Below are positions 18,501-27,680 of a stretch of 64,000 bases of DNA, one piece after another. Positions within the stretch are counted from its first letter, which is position 1. Each line of letters opens with the position of its first letter. The notes under the pieces were generated by a model, which ran no database searches, had not been told where the DNA came from, and saw only the letters and a list, made by a program, of their open reading frames with translations. The translations under genes and the position numbers were made by a program. Source of the stretch: Patescibacteria group bacterium (GTDB lineage Bacteria; Patescibacteriota; Patescibacteriia; JBDRGY01); assembly GCA_043817315.1 (NCBI GenBank), contig JBDRGY010000014.1:8690-72689 (forward strand), given 5' to 3'.

Positions 18501-21500
18501 GATTACGATGGTGATGGCTTCGGCGATGATTGTCCTGATAGTGTTTGTGATTTAGAAACCAATAAATGTACCCCGGACGTTCTCGGCTTAAGTCCGGGAG
18601 ATGGTGCCCCCGGTACTTGTGTCACCATTCCCGGCTGTTATTTCGGGGAAAGCACCGGCACGGTTAAATATACCGATGACGTTACAGCAACTTCCATCAG
18701 ATGCCAGGACGATAATTGGCAGGATCACCAGATAGTTTCCGAAGTGCCAGAAGGAGCAAGTAATGGCTTAGTCACTATCAGGAAGCGAGATGGCCTAGAA
18801 GCTGATTCAGCACCTCAAGAGTTTACGGTTAACGCTACGGTCCGGCCCTGTCTCTGCCGCATTGCTCCAAGCAATGGTGAAGAACATGATAAACCAGAGT
18901 TTTACGGGTACGGATTCACCTCAGCAGCCGGAGATCAACTGGCTTATTACACCTCAGCAGCAGGTGGTTTTATAGAAGCTGCTACTTACGGTTCCTGGAC
19001 CGATACCAGAGCCAGCAACGTAGAAGTACCAGTAGGCGTAGCTGAAGGTGATAACCCAGCCAAGGTAACCATAGACGGCCTTGATAGTAATGAACTAGAT
19101 TTCGGCTTTGATCCTGGTTGGGGTCCTCCCTGCTCTTCAGATCCGGACCCGGCAATCTGTACTCCAGATGATGCTATGTGTCCAGTGGATTCTGAATGTC
19201 GTGATACCTATTGCACCTGTCGCTCCCTGCCCAGTTTGGCTTGCGATTCCCAGATAGCAGTAGCCGGTTGTCAGGAAGATGATACTTTGTGCCCGGTTGA
19301 CCATTATTGTGATGCTGCTGATTGTCTCTGCAAGGAAGGATCCGGTCCAGAAGGTGAAGAAGGTGATCCTTGCGATAGCGATGACAGTACGCCAGAATGT
19401 GATCCTGAGGATGCCTTGTGCAACCATGTTGATTTAGTGTGTAACCCTGGTAATTGCGAATGCCGCTGGAAACCGTTTGAGATGCTTCCTTTTTTGATGG
19501 ACGAGGGGTGTACTTCTTCTTTGGTGGTGTTTGAATTCAACCAAAGGGTGGATGCTGCTACAGCCACAGTTAAGGACGCAGATGATGAGTATATTAATAT
19601 TAGGATAGCCGATTTACTTACAGCAGAATATGTTCCGGGCCAACTATCAGTTTATGGCAAGAAGGTAATCTTTAACCCGGACGGATTATTTAAAGAAGAT
19701 GGTCGCTATCAATACGCGATTCAAGCCGGGCCAGGCGGAGTTCTCAGTGAACATGGTGGTGAATTGGAAGCTACCTATCAAGGTGCTTTTGACATTGAGG
19801 GTCCTTGTACTTTGAGTAAGATTAAATTTTTCATGAGTGATGAGCAGGAAGATAATTATGGACCGCCTGATCTTTTTACCTGTAATTATGATTCAGGCTG
19901 TGGGGATGATTTTGATGACGCGGCCACCGGTAACCAGCACGCCCTTTTGGGACTGGGATATGACAATGTAGGCAGAGTGGTCAGCGCGGACTTTACCAGC
20001 TTTGATCGCTATGCTGGAAGTGACGATGTGGTGGTCTGGAACGATCCTTCACCCGTAGCTCCGCCCCCCTCAACTAACCCCTTTTGGTACGGCTATATTG
20101 AGCCCAAATCCGGTACCGACATTGGCACTGCTCAGATAGATGTTGAAGCCACTGATGAGCCCTGGACACCGGTCGGAGAAGAGCCCAATGTGGTCAATAC
20201 CGCTTTTTCAGTGAAAGTCTTTATTTGTGAACATCCTTGGCCCACGGACACCTTCCCCTTTAGAGACCCGGCTCATAATTGGGAAACTTTCTATTGCATG
20301 GACGGTGGCTTGCCGGATTTTACAAACAGAACATCAGTGGTGCCACCTGATCCTGATATCTTGGGTGAATATTTATTAACCAAAGCGGAAGGGGCGGACG
20401 TTATTGGTATCCGGATGATGAAGAATTTTGAACACTATTCACCTTCCGAGTGGTACGCTAAGAAATTCGGGCCCAACACGGGACATCCTATGTCTCTTTC
20501 CATTGACGGTTACCAAGCAGTCAAAGATGGGCGCACAATTTATATCAACGGAGCTAATCTGGGAGGCACCCTTTATTCCAATATGTATATTATCTCCTAC
20601 GACGAAGAAGAGTCTAGTTGTAATATTGCCAAGAACCCCAGCTTTGAAAGCGGCCTGGACGATTGGTCCTCTCAGGGGGGCACGGTCACTATTGACAGCG
20701 GAGTGGGAGCTCAGATTGATGATTCTAGCTCCGTCAAACTGTATTCACCCAACGGTATCCAATCTTTTGTAATGCAGGAATTTGATAACCTAGAGATCGG
20801 AAAATCCTACACTATCTCTGGTTGGGTCAAGGCCGAGTTTGCCGCCAGCAACAAGGGTAGGGTAGGAATTATTACCCAATGTTATGGACTAAGGTGCGAC
20901 GATGGATCTAATGTTGGCAAAAAATGCAAGATTAATGATGACTGTCCCGACAGTAGCTGCGGCATGGGCATAGTCAATGACACTCAGTGCGGATTCCATA
21001 AGTCCTCTTATCCGCTTTGGGGTGATGCCGATGATATTATTCTGGTTAATGATGAAGAAAATGGGGGACATGGTTCCGTACTGCCTTGGACCAAGGTAAA
21101 TGTAACGGTCAAATACGATTCACCCGGGTATACTTTAAGAGTGCTCTGCGTTAATTCAACCACAGAGGCAGACACCGGTATAGCAGGAGGATCTGGTGAG
21201 GGCAATTCCTGGTGCGATTTTATCCAGCTAGAACCCAGAGGTTCTTGTAATCAGTCTTTTGTGCGACAAGTTTACGATGAATTGATAGACAACTGGGCCT
21301 TCAATACTAATGAGGGTAGTTTTGCCGAGGGAGCCCTGGGAGTGGCTCGGGTAAAAAGAGATATTGGTAGATTAGGCGATCTGATGTATGTCAGGAATCG
21401 TTTGATTGACTATGCTGTTATCAATAACAGCTACCCTGACCTGGAAGCCGGTTCCTATATGCGTAATATTTCTTCGTCTCTGTGGCCTTCTTGGCAAGCC

Positions 21501-21830
21501 CGACTGGGTAATGCTCTGGGCAAAGGTTTGCCGTCTGACCCTTTACAAACCACAGCCATTTGTGCCCCTCCATATGATACTGACACCTGCTGGGATGAAG
21601 AGGCCAAGATATTTACCTGTCCGGGAAATGTGTATTCCTATGGCTATCGGGCTTTTGATATCGAAGCCTCAGGCGCTCTCAGGAGCAAATTGTATGGTCA
21701 CCTGGAATATACTGCCGCTGGATGGCAAGATCCAGTCAGTAATTATTCCGGGGATCTTTGTCAGGATCGACAGTGCAGTGATGTTAGTTGTTTCAATAAA
21801 GAGATTAATGTTGGCGACATTACTTTATAA
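15558..21830 (+). CDS. Giant (2090 aa) surface protein: N-terminal VirB2/TrbC-like pilin domain, IPT/TIG domains, Cys-rich repeats and a C-terminal CBM4/9-like carbohydrate-binding domain
   Basis: N-terminus has two long hydrophobic helices flanking a short polar loop (VVLIVRWALGLLALVAVIFIIYGGYLWLSSRGNEEQVMKAKRVLRDAVIGIVIVLLAWAIV), like type IV secretion pilins. At least five IPT/TIG-like units (for example CTPEITGISPTEGYYTETNVTIDGYYLG and PFINWISPKRGGVGQYVTIKGENFGD). A Cys-rich segment (CTPDDAMCPVDSECRDTYCTC...). The C-terminal NPSFESGLDDWSSQGG...YTISGWVKAE is CBM4/9-like. Confidence 0.6.
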   Translation: MTGRNKIFQGILAGLFLSSLILAGSYFVLPETSLAGSIDMTVGGSLGYGPSDLLQTVVLIVRWALGLLALVAVIFIIYGGYLWLSSRGNEEQVMKAKRVLRDAVIGIVIVLLAWAIVTYIIGVVGNATNGEGGSSGCGLPDQCVHCDTWCNADGSTSYDPDNCHYLCNLPSSGFKVRWTQPRNDDENVTICTVIQAGFNETVNSSAASVNTGTFSIYPTGSPADIIDGTFTIVDKVIDFMPTDFLAINTAYTFKIEGVLNLDGEEVDPKTVYFTTGEEVDEIPPIVNLTDPIHDQGEVCTNTNIAAVFNEPIRVITVHDGAEDPEPSVRFFKNYDTAAELELPYRDNIHFPDASSFIAKPLDLPLDSFTDYSAYLVGGEISNAITDVCGNQLDGGGGPHFGGVPNGTVDPPDTDRYVWDFETGDNPECTPEITGISPTEGYYTETNVTIDGYYLGITGDVVFKNRVYDKQNCFDGEHYPTEDCVTQWFSTQIKIDTPVGSEDNGNIKVDNGFETATSEQTYQVLSPFINWISPKRGGVGQYVTIKGENFGDIKGNVWFRRPSDRAEVLGIFPPEAQCGVTWWNDKIIITVPPGFNVDDDLVIQVETAPVDPKWSNQKDFKFTDDPPGPGLCLVEPDCGSAGEEVSLYGEKFGDYEDGVTVVNYDEYQAAGYPGAGWSDQHIRAQSQASLANDGYTLRVFNAAGNSNPMPYDIPCGGAPYIINDTSCDPDLDLWPSPNPRPNSTDVCKNAVVNARFGPENQCIGGADEGETCTVDADCDSNQCGMEMNGGTLAGNVILEVCNAGGSFDATACADLGGTLTFYAPNQFTLDPAAAFVADTWYQATVNKEVESSTGAKMNSDYSWHFKIKEDGSDCPVAFVNLYDDGPDPVGEINYIIAAEGDNFEDYHAAPFAEDCTPLAAGGYTYLWSSFNTGVAQVAATTVPANKATAVANGYTYVKVETEGKSDRERLTVNYCDASTDCTDYDGDGFGDDCPDSVCDLETNKCTPDVLGLSPGDGAPGTCVTIPGCYFGESTGTVKYTDDVTATSIRCQDDNWQDHQIVSEVPEGASNGLVTIRKRDGLEADSAPQEFTVNATVRPCLCRIAPSNGEEHDKPEFYGYGFTSAAGDQLAYYTSAAGGFIEAATYGSWTDTRASNVEVPVGVAEGDNPAKVTIDGLDSNELDFGFDPGWGPPCSSDPDPAICTPDDAMCPVDSECRDTYCTCRSLPSLACDSQIAVAGCQEDDTLCPVDHYCDAADCLCKEGSGPEGEEGDPCDSDDSTPECDPEDALCNHVDLVCNPGNCECRWKPFEMLPFLMDEGCTSSLVVFEFNQRVDAATATVKDADDEYINIRIADLLTAEYVPGQLSVYGKKVIFNPDGLFKEDGRYQYAIQAGPGGVLSEHGGELEATYQGAFDIEGPCTLSKIKFFMSDEQEDNYGPPDLFTCNYDSGCGDDFDDAATGNQHALLGLGYDNVGRVVSADFTSFDRYAGSDDVVVWNDPSPVAPPPSTNPFWYGYIEPKSGTDIGTAQIDVEATDEPWTPVGEEPNVVNTAFSVKVFICEHPWPTDTFPFRDPAHNWETFYCMDGGLPDFTNRTSVVPPDPDILGEYLLTKAEGADVIGIRMMKNFEHYSPSEWYAKKFGPNTGHPMSLSIDGYQAVKDGRTIYINGANLGGTLYSNMYIISYDEEESSCNIAKNPSFESGLDDWSSQGGTVTIDSGVGAQIDDSSSVKLYSPNGIQSFVMQEFDNLEIGKSYTISGWVKAEFAASNKGRVGIITQCYGLRCDDGSNVGKKCKINDDCPDSSCGMGIVNDTQCGFHKSSYPLWGDADDIILVNDEENGGHGSVLPWTKVNVTVKYDSPGYTLRVLCVNSTTEADTGIAGGSGEGNSWCDFIQLEPRGSCNQSFVRQVYDELIDNWAFNTNEGSFAEGALGVARVKRDIGRLGDLMYVRNRLIDYAVINNSYPDLEAGSYMRNISSSLWPSWQARLGNALGKGLPSDPLQTTAICAPPYDTDTCWDEEAKIFTCPGNVYSYGYRAFDIEASGALRSKLYGHLEYTAAGWQDPVSNYSGDLCQDRQCSDVSCFNKEINVGDITL

Positions 21831-21849
21831 TTAAGATATTTAGGATAGT

Positions 21850-22629
21850 ATGCCAGAAGAAAATATAAACCACCCCCCAAAGCAAGTAGAAGATATTTTT
21901 GAAGATGTGGATCAAAGTCCAGTTGCGGCTGGACCTCCGCCAGCTCCACCAGTTTCACCAGCAGAACCAGTATCTACTCCACCCGCTCAGCCGATGTCAG
22001 CTCCAGCTGCCCCCAAACAAGATGTTGGTTTTCCCTCTCCTGTGGCGGGCGGAACTCCCAAACCACCCAAAATTCCTATGTCATCCGGGCTCAGATGGAT
22101 AATCATAATTGTGGTGGGTGTAGCCATAATCATTTTGGGCTTAGGTGTTTATTATTATTTTGTGAGACAGACTGAAAATGATAATATTAATAATGTTAAT
22201 GACAACCTTAACTCGACAACGGCCAGTGTCAATACCAACTTGAACACAAACCTAAACACCAATGTCAACGGGAATGTTAACCAGAACACCAATCAGACAG
22301 TTACCAATCTAAATCAAAACACCAACCTTAACATCAACACTAATACCAATGTCAATACTAATACCAACCTTAATGCCAACACCAACCAGGCCCCAGACCA
22401 AGATCAAGACGGATTGACTGATGCTGAAGAAAAGCAGTTGGGAACTGACCCCGAAGTTGTTGATTCAGACGGTGACGGGTTATATGATTATGAGGAAGTG
22501 AAAATTTATACCACGGATCCCTTGGACGCAGACACAGACGGTGATGGTTTCGAAGATGGTCAAGAAGTGCAAAATGGTTACAATCCCAAAGGTGATGGTA
22601 AAATTATAAATACCAACATTAATAGCTAA
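21850..22629 (+). CDS. Membrane-anchored protein with a Pro-rich N-terminus, an N/T-rich linker and thrombospondin type-3-like Asp-rich calcium-binding repeats
   Basis: TM helix IIIIVVGVAIIILGLGVYYYFV, NTNLNTNVN repeats, and DQDQDGLTDAEEKQLGTDPEVVDSDGDGLYDYEE...DADTDGDGFEDGQEVQNGYNPKGDG. Confidence 0.5.
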   Translation: MPEENINHPPKQVEDIFEDVDQSPVAAGPPPAPPVSPAEPVSTPPAQPMSAPAAPKQDVGFPSPVAGGTPKPPKIPMSSGLRWIIIIVVGVAIIILGLGVYYYFVRQTENDNINNVNDNLNSTTASVNTNLNTNLNTNVNGNVNQNTNQTVTNLNQNTNLNINTNTNVNTNTNLNANTNQAPDQDQDGLTDAEEKQLGTDPEVVDSDGDGLYDYEEVKIYTTDPLDADTDGDGFEDGQEVQNGYNPKGDGKIINTNINS

Positions 22630-22646
22630 ATAAAAGGAAAAAGATA

Positions 22647-24302
22647 ATGGCATTTTCTGATGAAAACAAACAAGATAGTCTAGGCTCCACTCCTCTAGGG
22701 CCCGGCCAGAGCGTCCAGCCCGATATTGAGGGAGGAGACTTTGAGCTTCCCACGCCCCCCAGCCAGGAAGATGATAGAGCAGAGGAACCGGTTCAAAGGG
22801 CAGCAGTTGGTACGGTTTCGGAGCCAATAATGCACACTATGCCCAGTAAGTTTTTATCAGGAAAGTCCAGCAAGGGAAGCGAGCAGAAGAAAAAGGGTTC
22901 ACCCAAGAAAATCATTATATGGGGCGCAATTATTTTTGTCGTCCTGGTTGGTCTAGTTTTGGGAGCCATCCTTCTGTTTAATAACGCAGTCAATACAAAT
23001 AACGTTAATAGTAATGTGACAGTTAATGCCAACAGCAATTCGACAGGTCAGTTGGATCGGGCAGCGGTGGTCAAGGAAATTGATGCCGACGATAGCCTGG
23101 CCGGCTATTTGTCGGACAATAACTGCATTTCGGTGAATGAAGATCTGAGCGGTTACATCGCCAAAATGGTAGAAGTGCGCTTGGGAATTATTAACGATTA
23201 TATTGCTTATGATGGTTCTGGTTTGTCAGTCAGCATGCTAAGAAGCTCTTATCCTACTGGCACTTTTATTTCCACATTTAAGTTGTATGCCAAAGGAAAC
23301 GGATACGAAGTTCCCGATATGGAAGATTTTTGGTATGTGGGCATGACCTTTGGTGATACCTGTAATAAACAAGTAGAAGTTTGGGTTGACCTCGACCAAC
23401 CTGACCAGGTCTATTACGGTGATTTGCACGATTCTGAGGATTGGATTATGACCAATGTCGGTACCAACACCAACACCAATCAGAATGTTAACGCGAATAG
23501 CAACATAAACCAAAACACTAATACCAATCAGAATAGTAATACCAACACCAACGTCAATCTAAATACCCCGGTTTCCGACAGCGAGGACACTGATAACGAC
23601 AGCCTGACCGATGTAGAGGAAATTGCCTACGGTACTCAGGACAATTTGCCCGATACTGATGGTGATGGTTACACCGATGGCACCGAGGTGCAAAATGGTT
23701 ATAACCCCAAAGGCAGCGGTTCTTTGTCCAGCTCTGATTTGGTTGAGACTTATACCAATGATGTCCAAAACTACACTATTTTGTATCCTCGCGCCCTCCT
23801 AGATCAACCTACCAGCGTAGAAACAAAAAAAGAAGTTGTTTTCTTGGCGCCTTCCGGCGAGTTTATTGAAGTAACGGTCCAAGATAACCCCTCTCAGCTG
23901 GCTGCCTCGGCCTGGTATATGGCTCGTAATCCAGGAGTCGATATGACTACTCTAGATAGTATTACCGTAAACGGGCTGAAGGGAATTCTCAGTCCTGATA
24001 AATTAGCTGCCTACTTGGCCCAAGATGAAAAAATCTTTGTCATATCATATGATCGAGGCACCAAGACAGAAATCGGCTATCGCACCACTTTCAAAATGAT
24101 GTATAAAAGTTTTGTGGCAGAATCAGTACCTATTAACAGCAATACTAATCAAAATCTGAATACCAATATTAATACCAATTCCAACAGCAATGTAAATACC
24201 AATACTAACAGTAATTCCAACACCAACACCAATACCAACACCAATACCAATACCAACACCAACTCAAACATTAATCAAAACAGCAACACTAATTCCTTGT
24301 AG
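22647..24302 (+). CDS. Membrane-anchored paralog-like protein with N/T-rich linkers, a globular domain and TSP3-like calcium-binding repeats
   Basis: TM helix IIIWGAIIFVVLVGLVLGAILLF, repeats DSEDTDNDSLTDVEEIAYGTQDNLPDTDGDGYTDGTEVQNGYNPKGSG, and a long C-terminal NTNTNTN tract. Confidence 0.5.
   Translation: MAFSDENKQDSLGSTPLGPGQSVQPDIEGGDFELPTPPSQEDDRAEEPVQRAAVGTVSEPIMHTMPSKFLSGKSSKGSEQKKKGSPKKIIIWGAIIFVVLVGLVLGAILLFNNAVNTNNVNSNVTVNANSNSTGQLDRAAVVKEIDADDSLAGYLSDNNCISVNEDLSGYIAKMVEVRLGIINDYIAYDGSGLSVSMLRSSYPTGTFISTFKLYAKGNGYEVPDMEDFWYVGMTFGDTCNKQVEVWVDLDQPDQVYYGDLHDSEDWIMTNVGTNTNTNQNVNANSNINQNTNTNQNSNTNTNVNLNTPVSDSEDTDNDSLTDVEEIAYGTQDNLPDTDGDGYTDGTEVQNGYNPKGSGSLSSSDLVETYTNDVQNYTILYPRALLDQPTSVETKKEVVFLAPSGEFIEVTVQDNPSQLAASAWYMARNPGVDMTTLDSITVNGLKGILSPDKLAAYLAQDEKIFVISYDRGTKTEIGYRTTFKMMYKSFVAESVPINSNTNQNLNTNINTNSNSNVNTNTNSNSNTNTNTNTNTNTNTNSNINQNSNTNSL
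24130..24298 (+). repeat. Hexanucleotide tandem repeat (AATACC/AACACC and variants) encoding poly(Asn-Thr/Asn-Ser)
   Basis: aataccaacaccaataccaacaccaataccaataccaacacc... Similar tracts occur at 22190-22390, 23461-23570, 5470-5525 and, on the minus strand, around 53650-53700. Confidence 0.6.
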
Positions 24303-24325
24303 GGATTTTTGTAATTGTTCTTTTT

Positions 24326-24727
24326 ATGCCAGTTGCCATTAATAACACCATAAAGCAGGAAATTGATAAGCGCTTTTTCCAGAAGACGGCTCGGTCAGTT
24401 TTTCGGGTCTGCAAAAAGTCCCTATCAAAGTACCAACTTTCAATTGCCCTGGTCGACAATCGAACGATCAGGCGGCTGAATAAACAATATCGAAATAAAA
24501 ACAAAATAACTACTGTCTTATCCTTTTCTTTCTCGGAAGAATCAGGTGAAATTGTTTTAGCTGTTCCTGAAATCAGAAAAAAAAGCCAGGAGGAGGGGAT
24601 AAGCTTTAAAAACAACCTGCAGAGAATACTGGTGCATGGTCTTTTGCATCTTTGTGGTTATCATCATGGCAATCAAAAAGAAGCCAGGAGGGCGGAGGCG
24701 CTAGAATATAAAATATTAGCCAGATAA
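24326..24727 (+). CDS. ybeY: rRNA maturation endoribonuclease YbeY
   Basis: HGLLHLCGYHH zinc-binding motif. Confidence 0.8.
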   Translation: MPVAINNTIKQEIDKRFFQKTARSVFRVCKKSLSKYQLSIALVDNRTIRRLNKQYRNKNKITTVLSFSFSEESGEIVLAVPEIRKKSQEEGISFKNNLQRILVHGLLHLCGYHHGNQKEARRAEALEYKILAR

Positions 24728-25093
24728 ATGCCTGTTTTTAACATCAAAACTCTACTTAAAAGCTTTACCTATGCTTGGCGCGGCTTTCGTTACGCCACTC
24801 GCCGGGAGCAAAATTTTAGGATTCATTTGGTTTCAACGGTGGTGGTGATACTATTAATGATATTTTTCAGCGTAACTCTATACGAAGCCATTATTTTGAC
24901 TATAGCCATTATGTTCGTTTTGATCCTAGAGCTGGTAAACATAATATTTGAGAGACTGGTTGATATGTTGCAGCCTCGCATTCACCATTATGCCGAAATT
25001 ATCAAGGATTTGATGGCCACTGCTGTTCTGGTAGCCTCTGCCGGGGCCCTGATTGTAGGCATATTAGTGTTCTATCCCTACCTTTTTTCTTAA
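24728..25093 (+). CDS. dgkA: Diacylglycerol/undecaprenol kinase, DgkA family
   Basis: 121 aa with three TM helices and the conserved E..N..FE..VD core (ELVNIIFERLVDML). Confidence 0.75.
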   Translation: MPVFNIKTLLKSFTYAWRGFRYATRREQNFRIHLVSTVVVILLMIFFSVTLYEAIILTIAIMFVLILELVNIIFERLVDMLQPRIHHYAEIIKDLMATAVLVASAGALIVGILVFYPYLFS

Positions 25094-25155
25094 GTTGCAC
25101 ATAATCAGTAAATACTTTATAATAAAAATAAATATTTCAGAAGGAAGAAACAAGA

Positions 25156-26403
25156 ATGGCAAGAGAATCAATTATCACTGGAGTTGATATCGGCTCGAAC
25201 GCAGTCCGGGTAATGGTGGGACAGAGAAACGCAGTAGAAGAGCCACTGCAGATTATCGGAGTAGGCGAGGTCCCCTCAGAAGGGATCAGTAAAGGTGTGG
25301 TCACAAGTATTGAAGACGCCGTTTCTTCTATTTCTAAAGGCCTGGAGAAGGCGGAGAGGATGACGGGTATTCCCATCGAACATGCCTATATTGGCATTGG
25401 TGGAACTCATGTTATTTCTCAGGACAGCCACGGTGTGATAGCCGTTTCCAAGGCTGACGGAGAAATTAAGGAAGAAGATGTAGAAAGAGTGATTGAAGCG
25501 GCTCAAGCAGTTGCCACTCCGCCCAACTACGAAATCCTTCATGTTATCCCCAGAAGTTTTACCGTGGATGACCAAAAAGGAATAAAAGATCCGATCGGTA
25601 TGTCGGGAATCAGGCTGGAAGTTGACGCTCAAATTATTCAGGGTTTAACCGCTCAAATAAAAAATTTAACCAAATCAGTTTACCGCACTTCAGTTGATAT
25701 TGATGATTTAGTCTTGGGCATATTGGCCTCAGCCGAAGCCTGTATTAGCAAGAGACAAAAAGAACTGGGAGTGGTCTTGGTCAATATCGGCAGTGCTACT
25801 AGTTCCTTGATGGTCTTTGAAGAGGGTGACGTATTGCATACAGCCATTCTGCCAATTGGGGCCGGCCATATTACCAATGACATTGCTATCGGGTTACGTA
25901 CTTCCATCGAGATTGCCGAAAAAATAAAGTTGGATTACGGCTCAGCCCTGCCTAAAGATATCAGTAAACATCAGGAAATTGATCTTTCCAACATCGAAGA
26001 ATCAGAAGAGGGATTGGTTTCCCAAAAACAGGTGGCCGAGATTATTGAAGCCAGGCTAGAGGAGATATATAAAATGGTAGATAAAGAGCTAAAAGAAATT
26101 GATCGCTCAGGCTTATTGCCGGCGGGAGTAGTATTATCGGGCGGAGGATCCAAACTGCCCGGAGCTGTCGAAGTAGCCAAACGAATATTTAAACTGCCCA
26201 GCACTATTGGTTATCCCTCAGAGATAATTACAGCCATTGATAAAGTTAAAGATCCCTCCTTTACTGTAGCTGTCGGTTTAGTCTTGTGGGGATCTCAGAT
26301 GGAAGATAAGGTGGGTGGTCGCAAGATTTTCAGTACTGATTTCTCTTCTGTCTCCAAGGCAACAGATAAGATGAAGAGCTGGTTTAAGTCGCTAATGCCA
26401 TAG
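25156..26403 (+). CDS. ftsA: Cell division protein FtsA
   Basis: Actin-like ATPase (ITGVDIGSNAVRV, GGGSKLPG), immediately upstream of ftsZ. Confidence 0.9.
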   Translation: MARESIITGVDIGSNAVRVMVGQRNAVEEPLQIIGVGEVPSEGISKGVVTSIEDAVSSISKGLEKAERMTGIPIEHAYIGIGGTHVISQDSHGVIAVSKADGEIKEEDVERVIEAAQAVATPPNYEILHVIPRSFTVDDQKGIKDPIGMSGIRLEVDAQIIQGLTAQIKNLTKSVYRTSVDIDDLVLGILASAEACISKRQKELGVVLVNIGSATSSLMVFEEGDVLHTAILPIGAGHITNDIAIGLRTSIEIAEKIKLDYGSALPKDISKHQEIDLSNIEESEEGLVSQKQVAEIIEARLEEIYKMVDKELKEIDRSGLLPAGVVLSGGGSKLPGAVEVAKRIFKLPSTIGYPSEIITAIDKVKDPSFTVAVGLVLWGSQMEDKVGGRKIFSTDFSSVSKATDKMKSWFKSLMP

Positions 26404-26405
26404 TC

Positions 26406-27590
26406 ATGGCCCCAAATAATATTAAGAAAGATAAATCTATGGAAATTAAACCGGAAATTGAAACTTTCGCCAAGATCCAAGTAATTGGCGTAGGAGGAAG
26501 TGGCAATGCCGCAATTAATAGAATGATTTCTTCGAAAATCAGAGGTGTTGATTTTGTGGCCATTAATACCGATGCTCAAGCCCTTCATCATTCCAGGGCC
26601 GGAACCAAATTACACATAGGAAAAATGACTACCAAAGGCTTGGGAGCTGGCATGGACCCAGAATTGGGACTAAAGGCAGCCGAAGAGAATCAGGACGAAT
26701 TACATGAGATGATTAAGGGATCCGATATGGTATTTATCACTTGTGGCCTGGGAGGAGGAACTGGTACCGGAGCCTCACCAGTCATCGCTGATATCGCCAA
26801 AGACGTTGGAGCCTTAACCGTGGGAGTGGTCACTAAACCATTTGGTTTTGAAGGAGAACAGAGGAGACTTCTAGCCGACAGGGGATTGTCTGATTTAGCT
26901 GAAAAGGTTGATTCAATCATCACAATTCCCAATGACCGCATTTTACAAATTATTGATAAGAAAACTTCTTTGTTAGATTCTTTTGCAATTGTTGATGATG
27001 TTCTCCGTCAAGGCGTCCAGGGTATTTCCGATTTGATTACGGTGCCAGGATTGATTAACGTTGACTTTGCTGATGTCAAAGCCATTATGGAGAACACGGG
27101 TTCAGCCCTGATGGGAATCGGTAATGCCACTGGAGAGAATCGGGCCATAGAAGCGGCCAAGTCCGCCATCGACAGCCCCTTGCTGGAATTGTCTATTGAC
27201 GGAGCCAAAGGCATCCTGTTTACCATATCGGGTGGTCCGGGATTGGGTATGTATGAAGTTAACGAGGCGGCTAAAGTGATTACTTCCAACGCCGACGCCA
27301 ATGCTAAGGTTATATTCGGTGCAGTCATCGATGAAAATATGAAAGATCAGATCTCCATAACCGTTATTGCTACAGGTTTCGGAGAAAAGGGCAGAAAAGC
27401 TGCCAGGAAGGTATCAGCAACTCGGTTAACTCCATTTGAAGAGGAAAAACCTGAAAGAAATGAAAAGAAAAAGCCGGCCTTTGAACCGGTGCCTCCAGTA
27501 TTAGGAGCAACACCAGACCAAGACGACATTAAGAAAAAAGAGGAAGAAGAACTAGAAATTCCGGCCTTTATCCGGAAAAAGATGATGTAG
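26406..27590 (+). CDS. ftsZ: Cell division protein FtsZ
   Basis: GVGGSGNAAINRM and the tubulin signature GGGTGTGASPVIA. Confidence 0.95.
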   Translation: MAPNNIKKDKSMEIKPEIETFAKIQVIGVGGSGNAAINRMISSKIRGVDFVAINTDAQALHHSRAGTKLHIGKMTTKGLGAGMDPELGLKAAEENQDELHEMIKGSDMVFITCGLGGGTGTGASPVIADIAKDVGALTVGVVTKPFGFEGEQRRLLADRGLSDLAEKVDSIITIPNDRILQIIDKKTSLLDSFAIVDDVLRQGVQGISDLITVPGLINVDFADVKAIMENTGSALMGIGNATGENRAIEAAKSAIDSPLLELSIDGAKGILFTISGGPGLGMYEVNEAAKVITSNADANAKVIFGAVIDENMKDQISITVIATGFGEKGRKAARKVSATRLTPFEEEKPERNEKKKPAFEPVPPVLGATPDQDDIKKKEEEELEIPAFIRKKMM

Positions 27591-27632
27591 TCCCCTTTTC
27601 GCAAACTTTTTTGATATAAAATAAAACAAAAT

Positions 27633-27664
27633 ACTGAAAGTTTTTTGAGTCTTTCAGTTTTTTT
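27633..27664 (+). terminator. Rho-independent terminator after ftsZ
   Basis: Stem CTGAAAG...CTTTCAG followed by TTTTTTT. Confidence 0.5.
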
Positions 27665-27680
27665 ACCGACTATTCTAACA

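Noticed and set aside
27645-27680. Track start of nrdJ at 27645 ([12 protein letters not shown]...)
   Set aside because: The first 12 codons overlap the ftsZ terminator hairpin and U-tract. The ATG at 27681, followed immediately by the ATP-cone, is more plausible.
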